Below are positions 29,716 to 39,130 of a stretch of 54,660 bases of DNA, piece by piece (the stretch's first letter is position 1; each line of letters begins with the position of its first letter). Below the pieces are notes generated by a model, which saw nothing but the letters and a program-made list of their open reading frames with translations, did not search any database and was not told where the DNA came from. Location: the sequence record DRR378314_544. One strand, written 5' to 3'. Both the position numbers and the translations under genes were made by a program.

Positions 29716-30936
29716 GTGACGAGAACCACCCAGGCTTCAGGGCGCAGGCATCACATTACCATTGTTTCGGAGACCTTTCCTCCGGAAATCAACGGTGTGG
29801 CGAACACCCTGAGGCATTTGTGTCTCGGGTTGATGCAACGCGGCCACAAGGTGACTGTCATCCGCCCACGCCAGCGTCACGAGTCAAAAGGACGGTTCGA
29901 AGGTGCCGGTGAATGCCTGTTCTCCGACGAGCACGTGGTTACCGGCCTCCCGTTACCCGGCTACAGCGACTTGAGATTCGGGGTGGCCCGGCCTGGGTTC
30001 CTGACCTCGCTCTGGAAACGACAACGCCCGGATGCCGTTTACGTGGCCACCCAGGGGCCTCTCGGGGTGGCCGCCGTGGCCGCCGCCAGGCAATCCGGCA
30101 TTCCCGTCAGCTCCGGCTTCCACACCAACTTCCATGCCTACAGCCGCTACTACGGCGCGGGGTTCCTGGAAAAGCTCCTATGCGGCTACGGCCGCTGGTT
30201 CCACAACAGGACCGCCATCACGCTGGTGCCAACCCGTAAGATTGCACAGACCACCCATGATATGGGCATTCATCCCACATCGGTCTGGAGCCGGGGCGTC
30301 GACTGCAACCGGTTTTCGCCGCACAAGCGGGACCTGGCGCTCAGGCACCAATGGGGACTGAACCCCAACGACCGTGCCGTTCTTTATGTTGGTCGCCTGG
30401 CTCCCGAAAAGAACCTCCAGATGGCGGTTTCCTGCTTTGAACGCATCCGCGGGCTGCACCCCTGCGCAAAATTCATACTGGTGGGCGATGGCCCGATGCG
30501 CAAGCGCCTCGCCGAGCGTCATCCGGATTACATTTTTGCCGGCACACGCCGTGGCGAGGATCTGGCCCGACACTATGCGTCTGGTGATATTTTCCTGTTC
30601 CCCAGCAAGACGGACACCTTCGGCAACGTGGTCACCGAAGCCATGGCCAGCGGGCTTGCCGTGGTTGCCTTCGACGATGCCGCCGCCAGCGAGCATGTCC
30701 GTCACGAAGACAATGGCATGAAGGCCCACCTAAGCGATGACGAGGGTTTTGTAGACCATGCCCTCCGTCTGGCTGACCAACCTACGCTCATGAACCGGAT
30801 ACGTGCGCAGGCACGCCTGGATGCCCTGGAACTGAACTGGGCTGTCCAGATTGAGCAGTTCGAGCACCTGATACTGAACCAGCCACAGAGGAACAGCTAC
30901 AATGCCCTCCACAAGCAAGGCATCTCGCTTCTTTAA
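29716..30936 (+). CDS. GT4 glycosyltransferase, Agt/MgtA-like (probable diacylglycerol glycosyltransferase)
   Basis: SETFPPEINGVA, HTNFHAY, RGVD, YVGRLAPEKN, FPSKTDTFGNVVTEAMASG. Start at GTG 29716 (AGGA RBS) or ATG 29689. Confidence 0.85.
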   Translation: MTRTTQASGRRHHITIVSETFPPEINGVANTLRHLCLGLMQRGHKVTVIRPRQRHESKGRFEGAGECLFSDEHVVTGLPLPGYSDLRFGVARPGFLTSLWKRQRPDAVYVATQGPLGVAAVAAARQSGIPVSSGFHTNFHAYSRYYGAGFLEKLLCGYGRWFHNRTAITLVPTRKIAQTTHDMGIHPTSVWSRGVDCNRFSPHKRDLALRHQWGLNPNDRAVLYVGRLAPEKNLQMAVSCFERIRGLHPCAKFILVGDGPMRKRLAERHPDYIFAGTRRGEDLARHYASGDIFLFPSKTDTFGNVVTEAMASGLAVVAFDDAAASEHVRHEDNGMKAHLSDDEGFVDHALRLADQPTLMNRIRAQARLDALELNWAVQIEQFEHLILNQPQRNSYNALHKQGISLL

Positions 30937-31477
30937 TGTGGTGGATCAGAGGGAGTTTGCCCTCTGTCAGTCCATCAACCGGTCCCTGAGGTTTCGTCCC
31001 GTCCAGGGCTATTTCAAGGTTGTCAGCCGACTGGGCGATGGCTGGCTGTGGTACCTGGTCATCCTGTCCCTGCCAGCGATCATGCCCCAGAATGGGCTGG
31101 CCATCGCGCTGCTGATGGTGGCCACGGGGCTGACCTGCACTATTACCTACAAGCTGCTGAAGCGCTGGCTGATCCGCGAGCGGCCCTTCATATCGTTTCC
31201 GTCGATTAACTGCGGCACACCGCCACTGGATCGATACAGTTTTCCTTCCGGTCATACGCTACACGCGGTTTGCTTCAACACTGTACTGGCCATGACGGCA
31301 CCCGAGCTGGCCTGGCTGTTGCTGCCCTTTACCCTGAGCGTTGCCGCCTCACGGGTGGTGCTTGGGCTGCACTATCCCAGCGACGTGGCGGCGGGGGCGT
31401 TGATTGGCGGCTGCCTCGGTCTGGCCTCAGTCAATGGCCTGTTCGACCTGTTTATTCAAATAGCCGCAACTGCGTAA
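30902..31477 (+). CDS. PAP2-family membrane phosphatase
   Basis: Intact C1 [10 protein letters not shown]2 FPSGH and C3 [12 protein letters not shown]. Overlaps the GT4 gene by 35 bp. Confidence 0.9.
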   Translation: MPSTSKASRFFNVVDQREFALCQSINRSLRFRPVQGYFKVVSRLGDGWLWYLVILSLPAIMPQNGLAIALLMVATGLTCTITYKLLKRWLIRERPFISFPSINCGTPPLDRYSFPSGHTLHAVCFNTVLAMTAPELAWLLLPFTLSVAASRVVLGLHYPSDVAAGALIGGCLGLASVNGLFDLFIQIAATA

Positions 31478-32516
31478 CCGGCGACTCGTCGTTGCGGAAG
31501 CGTACCCCTAATCCAAGCAAGCGCACAGGGCGCCCCGTATCGGTAACCAATTCATCCAGCAGTGGCTGGTAATCGTCAAGTTCAGGCTCTCGAACCTGAT
31601 CCCGCACCCGTTCAAGCGTGTGGGTGGAAAAGTCGCTGTAACGAATCTTGATAAACAGCTTGTGGATGGGTTTTCGACCCGCCTTGCGGCTGAGCCTAAG
31701 ATTCAGGTCCGCCACCAGTGAGGCCATCACCGATTCACAGGCGCGCTTGTCCGGCAGGTCCTGGGAAAATGTTCGTTCCACGCTGACGGACTTGGCGATG
31801 CGCGACACCACCACATCGCGGTCGTCCCGGCCGAACGCCATTTCCCTCAACCGATACCCCTGCTTGCCGAATTTCTCCGGCAGGGCTTCGGCGGGTAGCG
31901 CCTGAATATCGCCGCAGGTGGCAACACCCATTGCGTGAAGTTTGCCAGCGGTCACCTGTCCCACCCCGAACAGTTTTTCAACCTTCAGGTCCTGAACAAA
32001 CCCCTCCACATCCTCCGGGCGGATCACAAACAGCCCATCCGGCTTTTTCCAGTCACTGGCAATCTTCGCCAGAAACTTGTTGGGGGCTACGCCGGCGGAA
32101 ATGGTTATCCCCACCTCGTCCTTCACCCGCTTGCGCAGATATTGGGCCATCAGCGTGGCGCTGCCCTTGTGCTCGGTGATCTCGCTGACATCCAGAAACG
32201 CTTCATCCAGTGACAGCGGCTCCACCAGATCGGTCAATTCCCTCAAGATGGTCATCACCTGTTTCGACACCGCCCGGTACCGGGCCATGTCCGGCGGCAC
32301 GGTCACCAGCCCGGGGCACAAGCGACGGGCCTCGCCGCCGGGCATAGCGGAGCGCACGCCAAAGGCTCTCGCTTTATAGTTGCAGGTGGTAACCACCCCA
32401 CGGCCACCTTCGCCACCTACGGCCAGTGGAACCTCCCGTAACGAGGGGTCGTCCCGCATTTCCACGGCGGCGTAGAAGCAATCGCAATCTACATGGATAA
32501 TCTTGCGCTGGGCCAT
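31452..32516 (-). CDS. dinB: DNA polymerase IV
   Basis: [49 protein letters not shown]. Confidence 0.97.
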   Translation of the reverse strand: MAQRKIIHVDCDCFYAAVEMRDDPSLREVPLAVGGEGGRGVVTTCNYKARAFGVRSAMPGGEARRLCPGLVTVPPDMARYRAVSKQVMTILRELTDLVEPLSLDEAFLDVSEITEHKGSATLMAQYLRKRVKDEVGITISAGVAPNKFLAKIASDWKKPDGLFVIRPEDVEGFVQDLKVEKLFGVGQVTAGKLHAMGVATCGDIQALPAEALPEKFGKQGYRLREMAFGRDDRDVVVSRIAKSVSVERTFSQDLPDKRACESVMASLVADLNLRLSRKAGRKPIHKLFIKIRYSDFSTHTLERVRDQVREPELDDYQPLLDELVTDTGRPVRLLGLGVRFRNDESPVTQLRLFE

Positions 32517-32539
32517 GACTCTTCAATCGGGTAAATTAT

Positions 32540-32555
32540 CTGTACATATGTACAG
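32540..32555. promoter_or_regulatory. LexA (SOS) box
   Basis: Perfect palindrome CTGTACATATGTACAG matching CTGT-N8-ACAG, about 24 bp upstream of dinB. Confidence 0.92.
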
Positions 32556-32640
32556 CCTTGTATCTTACGGTAACATGCCGAGAATGTCAGGAACTCCAAC
32601 GAGCAATTCCTAACGACCATAGAGAGCGGTGCGAACAACC

Positions 32641-32922
32641 ATGACGAACCCTATCCCGGAACAATCACAGACCGAAATCGAAGCCGCCGCGTTTCGAAAG
32701 CTGGTGAACCATCTGCGTGAACACACCGAGGTCCAGAACATCGACCTGATGAACCTGGCCGGGTTCTGTCGCAACTGCCTTTCCAAATGGTATCGCGCCG
32801 AGGCCGCCGAGAGGGGCTTCGAACTGTCTGATCCCGACGCTCGTGAGATCATCTACGGCATGCCTTACGAGCAGTGGAAAGCCCACTATCAACAGGGCCC
32901 GAAACAGGATCACGGTGCATGA
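32641..32922 (+). CDS. DUF1244 family protein
   Basis: EAAAFRKLV.HL, VQNIDLMNLAGFCRNCLSKWY, YGMPY..WK. Confidence 0.85.
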   Translation: MTNPIPEQSQTEIEAAAFRKLVNHLREHTEVQNIDLMNLAGFCRNCLSKWYRAEAAERGFELSDPDAREIIYGMPYEQWKAHYQQGPKQDHGA

Positions 32923-33308
32923 ACGTCAACGACGCGGTTCGCATCCACCTGGCGTCGGTCGAAGCCGGCCACGGCGACTTTGACGACACCCTGGCGCTGA
33001 TCGACCGCTTTTTCGACTACCAGCCCACCGGGTTCCACAACGGCCCGATGTACAACGGTGCCGGCGAAAATGCCGGTTCCTGCCGGGTGTTTTCCCTGGC
33101 CCAGTACTGCAACCTGACCGAAACCGACACCTTGCGTCTGTTTGCCCAGCACTACCGGCAGGTGCTGGATGAGCCGGCGGGCGAGAGCCACGGCAATATC
33201 CGCCAGTTCATGGGCACCGGCTGGTCTGGTATCCGCTTTGACGGCCCGGCGCTTCGCAAGCGCCCGGCTACCACTCAGGACGACACCACGGAAGAGACCC
33301 ATCCATGA
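32919..33308 (+). CDS. HopJ-family small protein
   Basis: FDDTLALID..FDYQPTGF.NG, N.AGENAGSC, FAQHYRQVL, H.NIRQFM..GW.GI.F. ATGA overlap with the upstream stop. Confidence 0.8.
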   Translation: MNVNDAVRIHLASVEAGHGDFDDTLALIDRFFDYQPTGFHNGPMYNGAGENAGSCRVFSLAQYCNLTETDTLRLFAQHYRQVLDEPAGESHGNIRQFMGTGWSGIRFDGPALRKRPATTQDDTTEETHP

Positions 33309-34066
33309 GCGACACCGCCGTATCCGGGGTAAAGCAGTGTTTCCAGCTGAAAAGTGCGAACGTCTCCATGACCGCACTGGAGCTGTACTTTTTTGACAAC
33401 GACGAATTCGAAAGCACGCTCCGGGACAAAATCAGCCAGGCGCCCGGTTTTTTCAAAGACATCCCCCTGATCATCAGTCTGGAACGGTATGAAGGGCTGA
33501 GCAGTGAACTGGATTTTTTCAAGATCATCGGCGCCTGTCGCCGCCACAATATCCATGTCATCGGCGTGCGCGGTGGCAATGATGACCAGCGCCGCCTCGC
33601 CCGTGGTGCGTCGCTGGCGCTGCTTCCCGGTGGCAGCCAGCGCGACCGGGAAATCGATACCGCGCCTGCCACCGAGGCCGTCGCGGCCGAAGCTCCGGTT
33701 GCTCCGAAGGTCGAAAGCCAGGGTGAGCCAGCTCCCGCGAAAATCATTAACCAGCCGGTGCGCTCCGGCCAACAGGTATACGCGCCCGACGGCGATCTGA
33801 TCATCCTTGCGCCGGTTCAGGCCGGTGCCGAAGTGCTGGCGGCCGGCAACGTCCATGTCTATGGGCCATTGCGCGGGCGGGCCCTCGCGGGTATTCACGG
33901 GGCGGAACACGCGCGGGTATTCTGCCAATCCCTTGAAGCAGAGCTTGTGTCCATCGCCGGACACTATAAAATCTCCGAAGATCTTCAGGACAACGGTTGG
34001 AAAACCGCCGTACAGATCCAGCTCAGGGATGACCTGCTGGTGGTAACGCCACTGGAAAAGGCCTGA
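33305..34066 (+). CDS. minC: Septum site-determining protein MinC
   Basis: QAPGFF, PVRSGQQVYA, GAEVLAAGNVHVYG.LRGRALAG, AELVSIAG. Confidence 0.96.
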   Translation: MSDTAVSGVKQCFQLKSANVSMTALELYFFDNDEFESTLRDKISQAPGFFKDIPLIISLERYEGLSSELDFFKIIGACRRHNIHVIGVRGGNDDQRRLARGASLALLPGGSQRDREIDTAPATEAVAAEAPVAPKVESQGEPAPAKIINQPVRSGQQVYAPDGDLIILAPVQAGAEVLAAGNVHVYGPLRGRALAGIHGAEHARVFCQSLEAELVSIAGHYKISEDLQDNGWKTAVQIQLRDDLLVVTPLEKA

Positions 34067-34130
34067 TAGAACGTATTTACCCGTTTAGACGGGAAAGACG
34101 ACAAATCCACCGCAAAACAGGAATGCAACC

Positions 34131-34943
34131 TTGGCTAGAATCATTGTCGTTACCTCAGGAAAAGGTGGCGTAGGTAAAACCACAACCAGCGCCTCTATCA
34201 GCACCGGGCTTGCGAAACGTGGCCACAAAACCGTGGTGATCGATTTCGATGTGGGCCTGCGGAATCTCGACCTCATCATGAACTGCGAACGGCGGGTGGT
34301 GTACGACTTCGTCAACGTGATCCAGGGCGAAGCGACCCTGAACCAGGCCCTGATCCGGGACAAGCGAGTGGATACGCTCTACATCCTGCCGGCCTCCCAG
34401 ACCCGGGAGAAGGAAGCCCTGACCAAGGACGGCGTTGAAAAGGTGATCAACGAGCTGTCCGAGCGGTTTGACTATATTGTCTGTGATTCGCCCGCTGGCA
34501 TTGAGCATGGTGCCCTGATGGCGCTGTACTACGCCGACGAAGCCGTGGTAGTGACCAACCCGGAAGTGTCTTCGGTGCGGGATTCCGACCGTATTCTCGG
34601 CATTCTGCAAAGCAAGTCACGACGCGCCGAGATGGGCCAGGATCCCGTCAAGGAACACTTGCTGCTGTCCCGGTACAATCCGGACAGGGTGGCAAAGGGA
34701 GAAATGCTTTCCGTGGCCGATGTGGAAGAAATTCTCGCCATTCCCCTGCTGGGCGTGATCCCGGAGTCCCAGGTGGTGCTGAATGCCTCCAACCAGGGTG
34801 TTCCTGTCATCCTGGAGGAAGACAGCGACGCCGGGCAGGCCTATGATGATGCAGTTGCCCGTCTGTTGGGTGAGGAGCGCGAGCATCGCTTTATGACGTC
34901 CCAGAAAAAGGGTTTCTTCTCACGGATGTTCAAGGGGGGCTGA
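34131..34943 (+). CDS. minD: Septum site-determining ATPase MinD
   Basis: SGKGGVGKTT, DVGLRNLD, DSPAGIE, C-terminal amphipathic helix KKGFFSRMF. TTG start. Confidence 0.98.
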   Translation: MARIIVVTSGKGGVGKTTTSASISTGLAKRGHKTVVIDFDVGLRNLDLIMNCERRVVYDFVNVIQGEATLNQALIRDKRVDTLYILPASQTREKEALTKDGVEKVINELSERFDYIVCDSPAGIEHGALMALYYADEAVVVTNPEVSSVRDSDRILGILQSKSRRAEMGQDPVKEHLLLSRYNPDRVAKGEMLSVADVEEILAIPLLGVIPESQVVLNASNQGVPVILEEDSDAGQAYDDAVARLLGEEREHRFMTSQKKGFFSRMFKGG

Positions 34944-34946
34944 CGG

Positions 34947-35201
34947 ATGAGTTTCCTCGACTATTTCAAGAGTAAGAAAAACAACCGGTCCGCCAGCGTT
35001 GCCAAGGAACGCCTGCAGATCATTGTTGCCCACGAACGCGGCCAGCGCGATCAACCCGACTATCTGCCACAGCTACAGAAAGAGCTGCTTGAGGTCATCC
35101 GCAAGTACGTTCAGATCAGCGATGACATGGTCCAGGTAGAAGTCGACCGGAACGACAGCTGCTCGGTGCTGGAGCTGAACGTTACCCTACCGGAACACTG
35201 A
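34947..35201 (+). CDS. minE: Cell division topological specificity factor MinE
   Basis: [27 protein letters not shown]. Confidence 0.97.
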   Translation: MSFLDYFKSKKNNRSASVAKERLQIIVAHERGQRDQPDYLPQLQKELLEVIRKYVQISDDMVQVEVDRNDSCSVLELNVTLPEH

Positions 35202-35209
35202 CACGCCCG

Positions 35210-36223
35210 TTACCAGCGGGCAAAGTGATCCTCCATCAGTCCCCGTAGGCCATCTACGGGGACAGGGTTGCCTGCTTCATCCTGCACCGTGCCGGAAAAA
35301 GTACCAATGTACTGACGGAAATTGGACGCGATCAGCAACGCATTGAGTCGCTCCCGCCGAACCCCCGAAGGCTCAAACCGGAGATCGATTTTTCCGTCGT
35401 CCGTGGTGACCTGCCAGGGCGCGGTTTCATCATAGCGATCGAAGACAAAGCGGGACTGCCCCAGCTTGATACAGCGCCCGTCCAGCCAGAGCGCGTTTTC
35501 CGTCATGCCGGTCTCATTCACACCCGCCGCCAAATTGAGCCCAACGGAACGCCCGTCTGCCAGCACGCCTGACAGGCTCGCCCAGTTCCAGGCGGTCTCG
35601 CGCCTCATGAAGCCACAACTCCAATCGACCGCTGCCCGCGACTGAGGGCCGCACTGTCGGTTCTGCCCCTGCCAGCGGATAGCCCCGGATACCGGCAGGC
35701 CCGCTGACTTGCGGGTAAACACCCACCCGTTGTAACCCGCCCGGCACGCCAGCCGCAGCGGATGTGCGTCTGCTTCCATGTTCAGGTCTATCTGGAGATC
35801 ACCGGGCCCGGAGACGGAAACACCGCGCGTATGGCCGTCCGAGGCAATGCGCACACACGTCTTCCCTTTGCGAAATTCCGTCGTCCCGGCTTCCGGCCGG
35901 GGCTCAATGCGGGTAGCCCGCGCAAACGGCTGTGTCAGCGACTGCTCCAGCATCTGCCCGGTGTCAAAGTCGTAAAGGTAAAAGAACGCCGTACTGACCA
36001 GTTTCAGGTCCACCACCGCCAGCCCGAATACCCACCCTGGCGCCGTCACACTGACAAACTGAAACTGGTTGAAGCGGATTCTGCGAGCCAGGGCCGACCG
36101 GGGCTTATCCATGACCGTACGCAGGTCGAAATCCCGGTAGTTGATGACATCCACGGGTGCATCGAATACGCCGAAAGGAATCTGCCCCCGGTCATCAATC
36201 AGTCGCTTGTTCGTTTTTTTCAT
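35210..36223 (-). CDS. Conserved hypothetical protein (DUF2804-like)
   Basis: About 337 aa, beta-rich, with DWSCGFMRRETAWNW, GLNL..G, ENALW.DG, GLMEDHFARW. Start at 36223 or 36229. Confidence 0.7.
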   Translation of the reverse strand: MKKTNKRLIDDRGQIPFGVFDAPVDVINYRDFDLRTVMDKPRSALARRIRFNQFQFVSVTAPGWVFGLAVVDLKLVSTAFFYLYDFDTGQMLEQSLTQPFARATRIEPRPEAGTTEFRKGKTCVRIASDGHTRGVSVSGPGDLQIDLNMEADAHPLRLACRAGYNGWVFTRKSAGLPVSGAIRWQGQNRQCGPQSRAAVDWSCGFMRRETAWNWASLSGVLADGRSVGLNLAAGVNETGMTENALWLDGRCIKLGQSRFVFDRYDETAPWQVTTDDGKIDLRFEPSGVRRERLNALLIASNFRQYIGTFSGTVQDEAGNPVPVDGLRGLMEDHFARW

Positions 36224-36354
36224 CGTCAATTCGGGCCAAATGTTAACGTCAGGAATTCAGTCAGTTACCCAGTTCACAAACCCCTGATCGTAGCAGGCTG
36301 GCACCAGATCAGTCGTGGTAGACTCGCCCGACCATGTTCAAGGAAGTGTACCTC

Positions 36355-37104
36355 ATGCAAAACCTGAGAGCCCATGGCAACGAATGCCCGGCCAACGGAC
36401 GCGTCAACTGGCTTGCGGCCACCACGGTTTTACTGCTGACCTCAGGTTTGGCCTTCGCCGGGCTGCCGGCCGAGGACTCGGAGAACTGGAGTCTCCGCAA
36501 GGAAACTGATCATATTCGGGTCTATACCACGGACCAACCGGACTCCAGCTTTCAGGCCTTCAAGGCCGTGGCGGTACTCGACGTGCCAATCGAGAACCTG
36601 ATGGCGGTCATGATCAACCCCAAATCCTGCGTTCAGTGGGTTCACAACTGCTCGAAATCCTACGCCTTCGGCTCGGGGGACTTTTATGAGCGCTACGCCT
36701 ACTCGGTGAACGATATGCCCTGGCCCGTCACGGATCGGGACTACGTGCTGCGCATCCGCACCCATGGCCAAAAGGCCGATGGCGAAATCGTGATGGACCT
36801 CAACGCCATTCCCGATCAACGGGACGAGGAAGACGACTACATCCGTGTCGACAAATCCGACACCCTCTACCGCTTTATTCCCGAGGACGACCAGACCCGG
36901 ATGATCTGGGTTCAACACACCGAGCCGAACGGCTCGATACCCGGGTGGCTGGTCAATACCTTGCTTGTGGACATTCCCATCCGCTCCATGGAGCAGTTGG
37001 AAAGGGTCGCCCAATGGGACCGTTACCAGGGTTATGAGCTGGTCTACGATCAACAGGGCCAATTGCAAGATGTAGCTCCGAAATCCCAAACAGGGGATGA
37101 CTAG
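36355..37104 (+). CDS. START/SRPBCC lipid-binding domain protein with signal peptide
   Basis: Hydrophobic stretch ending AFA, W.LRKE...IRVY, MPWPVTDRD, EPNGSIPGWLVN. AAGGA RBS before ATG 36355. Confidence 0.8.
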   Translation: MQNLRAHGNECPANGRVNWLAATTVLLLTSGLAFAGLPAEDSENWSLRKETDHIRVYTTDQPDSSFQAFKAVAVLDVPIENLMAVMINPKSCVQWVHNCSKSYAFGSGDFYERYAYSVNDMPWPVTDRDYVLRIRTHGQKADGEIVMDLNAIPDQRDEEDDYIRVDKSDTLYRFIPEDDQTRMIWVQHTEPNGSIPGWLVNTLLVDIPIRSMEQLERVAQWDRYQGYELVYDQQGQLQDVAPKSQTGDD

Positions 37105-37162
37105 TACATCAGTAACAGCTAAGCTCTTTTTCATAGGACCTGTTAACGGAGCCGATTCGTCA

Positions 37163-37654
37163 ATGACCGTTCTCGCTTACGAGATCATGACCCCGAGCAT
37201 CAAGGCCGTACCCCAATCCTGGACGATGGACCGTCTGGCCAGGTTCCTCACCGACAACGAAATCACCGGCAGCCCGGTCACTGACGAAACGGGCGAGATC
37301 GTCGGCATTGCCACCCTCAAGGACATCACTGAATTTCGCTGGAACGCCAGCCGTTCAGAATCCGATGCCCGTATGACCCCGGAAGAAGAACGGGAAGCCC
37401 GTCGCCTGCGCATGGCCATTTTCGAGGAAATGGGCAAAGTGCCGGTGGAAGTGCGCGACATCATGACCCCCATCGTTTTATCGGTTGACGAGCAAACGCC
37501 GGTGCGCGACATTGCCGATATAATGATGCGTGAACACCTGCACCGGATTTTCATCACCAAGGACGAAAAGATCACCGGTATTGTGACCACGTATGACATG
37601 CTCAAACTGATCTCCGACCAGGAGCTCACCAACCGCTGTGCCGGGAACGGCTGA
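37163..37654 (+). CDS. Stand-alone CBS-pair protein
   Basis: EIMTP...ITGSPV.D..G.IVGI and VRDIMTP...HRIFI....ITGIVT. GGAG RBS before ATG 37163. Confidence 0.85.
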   Translation: MTVLAYEIMTPSIKAVPQSWTMDRLARFLTDNEITGSPVTDETGEIVGIATLKDITEFRWNASRSESDARMTPEEEREARRLRMAIFEEMGKVPVEVRDIMTPIVLSVDEQTPVRDIADIMMREHLHRIFITKDEKITGIVTTYDMLKLISDQELTNRCAGNG

Positions 37655-37674
37655 CCAGAGAGGTATCACACCCT

Positions 37675-39060
37675 ATGCCAAGAGCACCGCAGGCTCGCAG
37701 AAAGATGTATGTCCTCGACACCAACGTCCTCATCCACGACCCGAACGCCCTCCTGAACTTTGAAGAACACGACGTCATCATCCCGATGACGGTCCTCGAA
37801 GAACTCGACAGTCTCAAATCCGGCAAGCAGGCCGTTGCTGCCGATTGCCGACAGGCCATCCGCAACATCGACAAACTGCTGGGTGATGCCAGCCCCGGAG
37901 AGATCGAGAAAGGCGTCCCCATCGTGCGTGGCAAGAAGGCAGAACCTCTTGGCGCGCTATCGATACTGATGAGCACGGATTACCAGGGCAACCATGGCCT
38001 GCCCGAGCACCTTAACGACAACAAGATCATCAATACCCTGGCGGCCCTGCAAACCCGCCACAAGTCGCGGGACATCATCCTTGTCAGCAAGGACATCAAC
38101 ATGCGGCTGAAGGCCCGGGGCTTCGGCGTGGAAGCCCAGGACTACCACAACGACATGCTGCTGGATGACATCGACCTGCTGCCCAAGGGTTACAAAGAGT
38201 TCCCGAACTCTTTCTGGGACACCATTGAAAAAGTGGAGACCATCCAGCGGGAAGGCATTACCGAGCACATCCTGCGCCGGGAAGGCGACCTGGCAAAACT
38301 GACCATCAACGAGTTCGTGATTGATGAACAGGGCTTCGTGGGCAAGGTTTCCGATGTTGGCGACGACAAAATTGTCATCCGCGACCTTCACCAGCACGAC
38401 CTGATGCATGAGGAAGTGTGGGGGCTGGTGCCACGGGACATCTATCAGGCCATTGCCCTGAACCTACTGCTGGATCCGGACATCCACCTGGTGAACCTGA
38501 CCGGTTCCGCCGGCTCCGGCAAGACCATCCTGGCCCTGGCCGCCTGCATTGAGATGACCGTGGCCAGCAAGCTGTACAAACGCATCATTGCTACCCGCAG
38601 CACCCAGGGGCTGGACGAAGACATCGGCTTCCTCCCCGGCACCGAGGCGGAGAAAATGGAGCCCTGGCTGGGCGCCATCGTGGACAACCTGGAAGCCCTC
38701 CACGAAGACGACGAGAACATGACCGCCAGCGTGGACTACATCCTCAGCAAGGTACCGCTGCACTTCAAGTCGATGAACTACATTCGGGGACGCAGCTTCC
38801 AGCACAGCCTGATCATCATTGACGAGTCCCAGAACCTGACACCACACCAGATCAAGACCATCATCACCCGTGCCGGTAACGGTTCCAAGGTGATCTGCCT
38901 GGGCAACCTGGCACAGATCGACACGCCCTACCTGAGCGCCCTGAGCTCGGGCCTGACCTACATGACCGAGCGCTTCAAGAGCTTTCGCCATGGTGGCCAC
39001 ATTCACCTGCAGGGCGTCCCGCGTTCTGTTCTGGCGGAGTACGCGGAAGCGAATCTCTAA
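37675..39060 (+). CDS. PIN-domain PhoH-family ATPase (PhoH2-like)
   Basis: N-terminal PIN (VLDTNVLIHD, EELD, NDNKI, SKDINMR) plus PhoH (GSAGSGKT, GFLPG, IRGRS, DESQN, GNLAQID). Confidence 0.92.
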   Translation: MPRAPQARRKMYVLDTNVLIHDPNALLNFEEHDVIIPMTVLEELDSLKSGKQAVAADCRQAIRNIDKLLGDASPGEIEKGVPIVRGKKAEPLGALSILMSTDYQGNHGLPEHLNDNKIINTLAALQTRHKSRDIILVSKDINMRLKARGFGVEAQDYHNDMLLDDIDLLPKGYKEFPNSFWDTIEKVETIQREGITEHILRREGDLAKLTINEFVIDEQGFVGKVSDVGDDKIVIRDLHQHDLMHEEVWGLVPRDIYQAIALNLLLDPDIHLVNLTGSAGSGKTILALAACIEMTVASKLYKRIIATRSTQGLDEDIGFLPGTEAEKMEPWLGAIVDNLEALHEDDENMTASVDYILSKVPLHFKSMNYIRGRSFQHSLIIIDESQNLTPHQIKTIITRAGNGSKVICLGNLAQIDTPYLSALSSGLTYMTERFKSFRHGGHIHLQGVPRSVLAEYAEANL

Positions 39061-39071
39061 CCAAAGCCCAC

Positions 39072-39101
39072 AAAAAAGCCGCACCGGTCATCCGGTGCGG
39101 C
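39072..39101 (-). terminator. Intrinsic terminator for tctCBA
   Basis: GCCGCACCGG-TCAT-CCGGTGCGGC with an A6 tract on the left (U6 on the minus strand), between convergent genes. Confidence 0.85.
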
Positions 39102-39130
39102 AAAGCGGAGATTAGCAATCGAGAACCGGC

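Noticed and set aside
32919-33308. HopJ as evidence of type III secretion or virulence
   Set aside because: No T3SS genes in the window, no N-terminal secretion extension, and the gene sits in a housekeeping operon.
37163-39060. PIN domain as a VapBC toxin-antitoxin or defence system
   Set aside because: The PIN is fused to PhoH and the upstream gene is a CBS pair, not a DNA-binding antitoxin.
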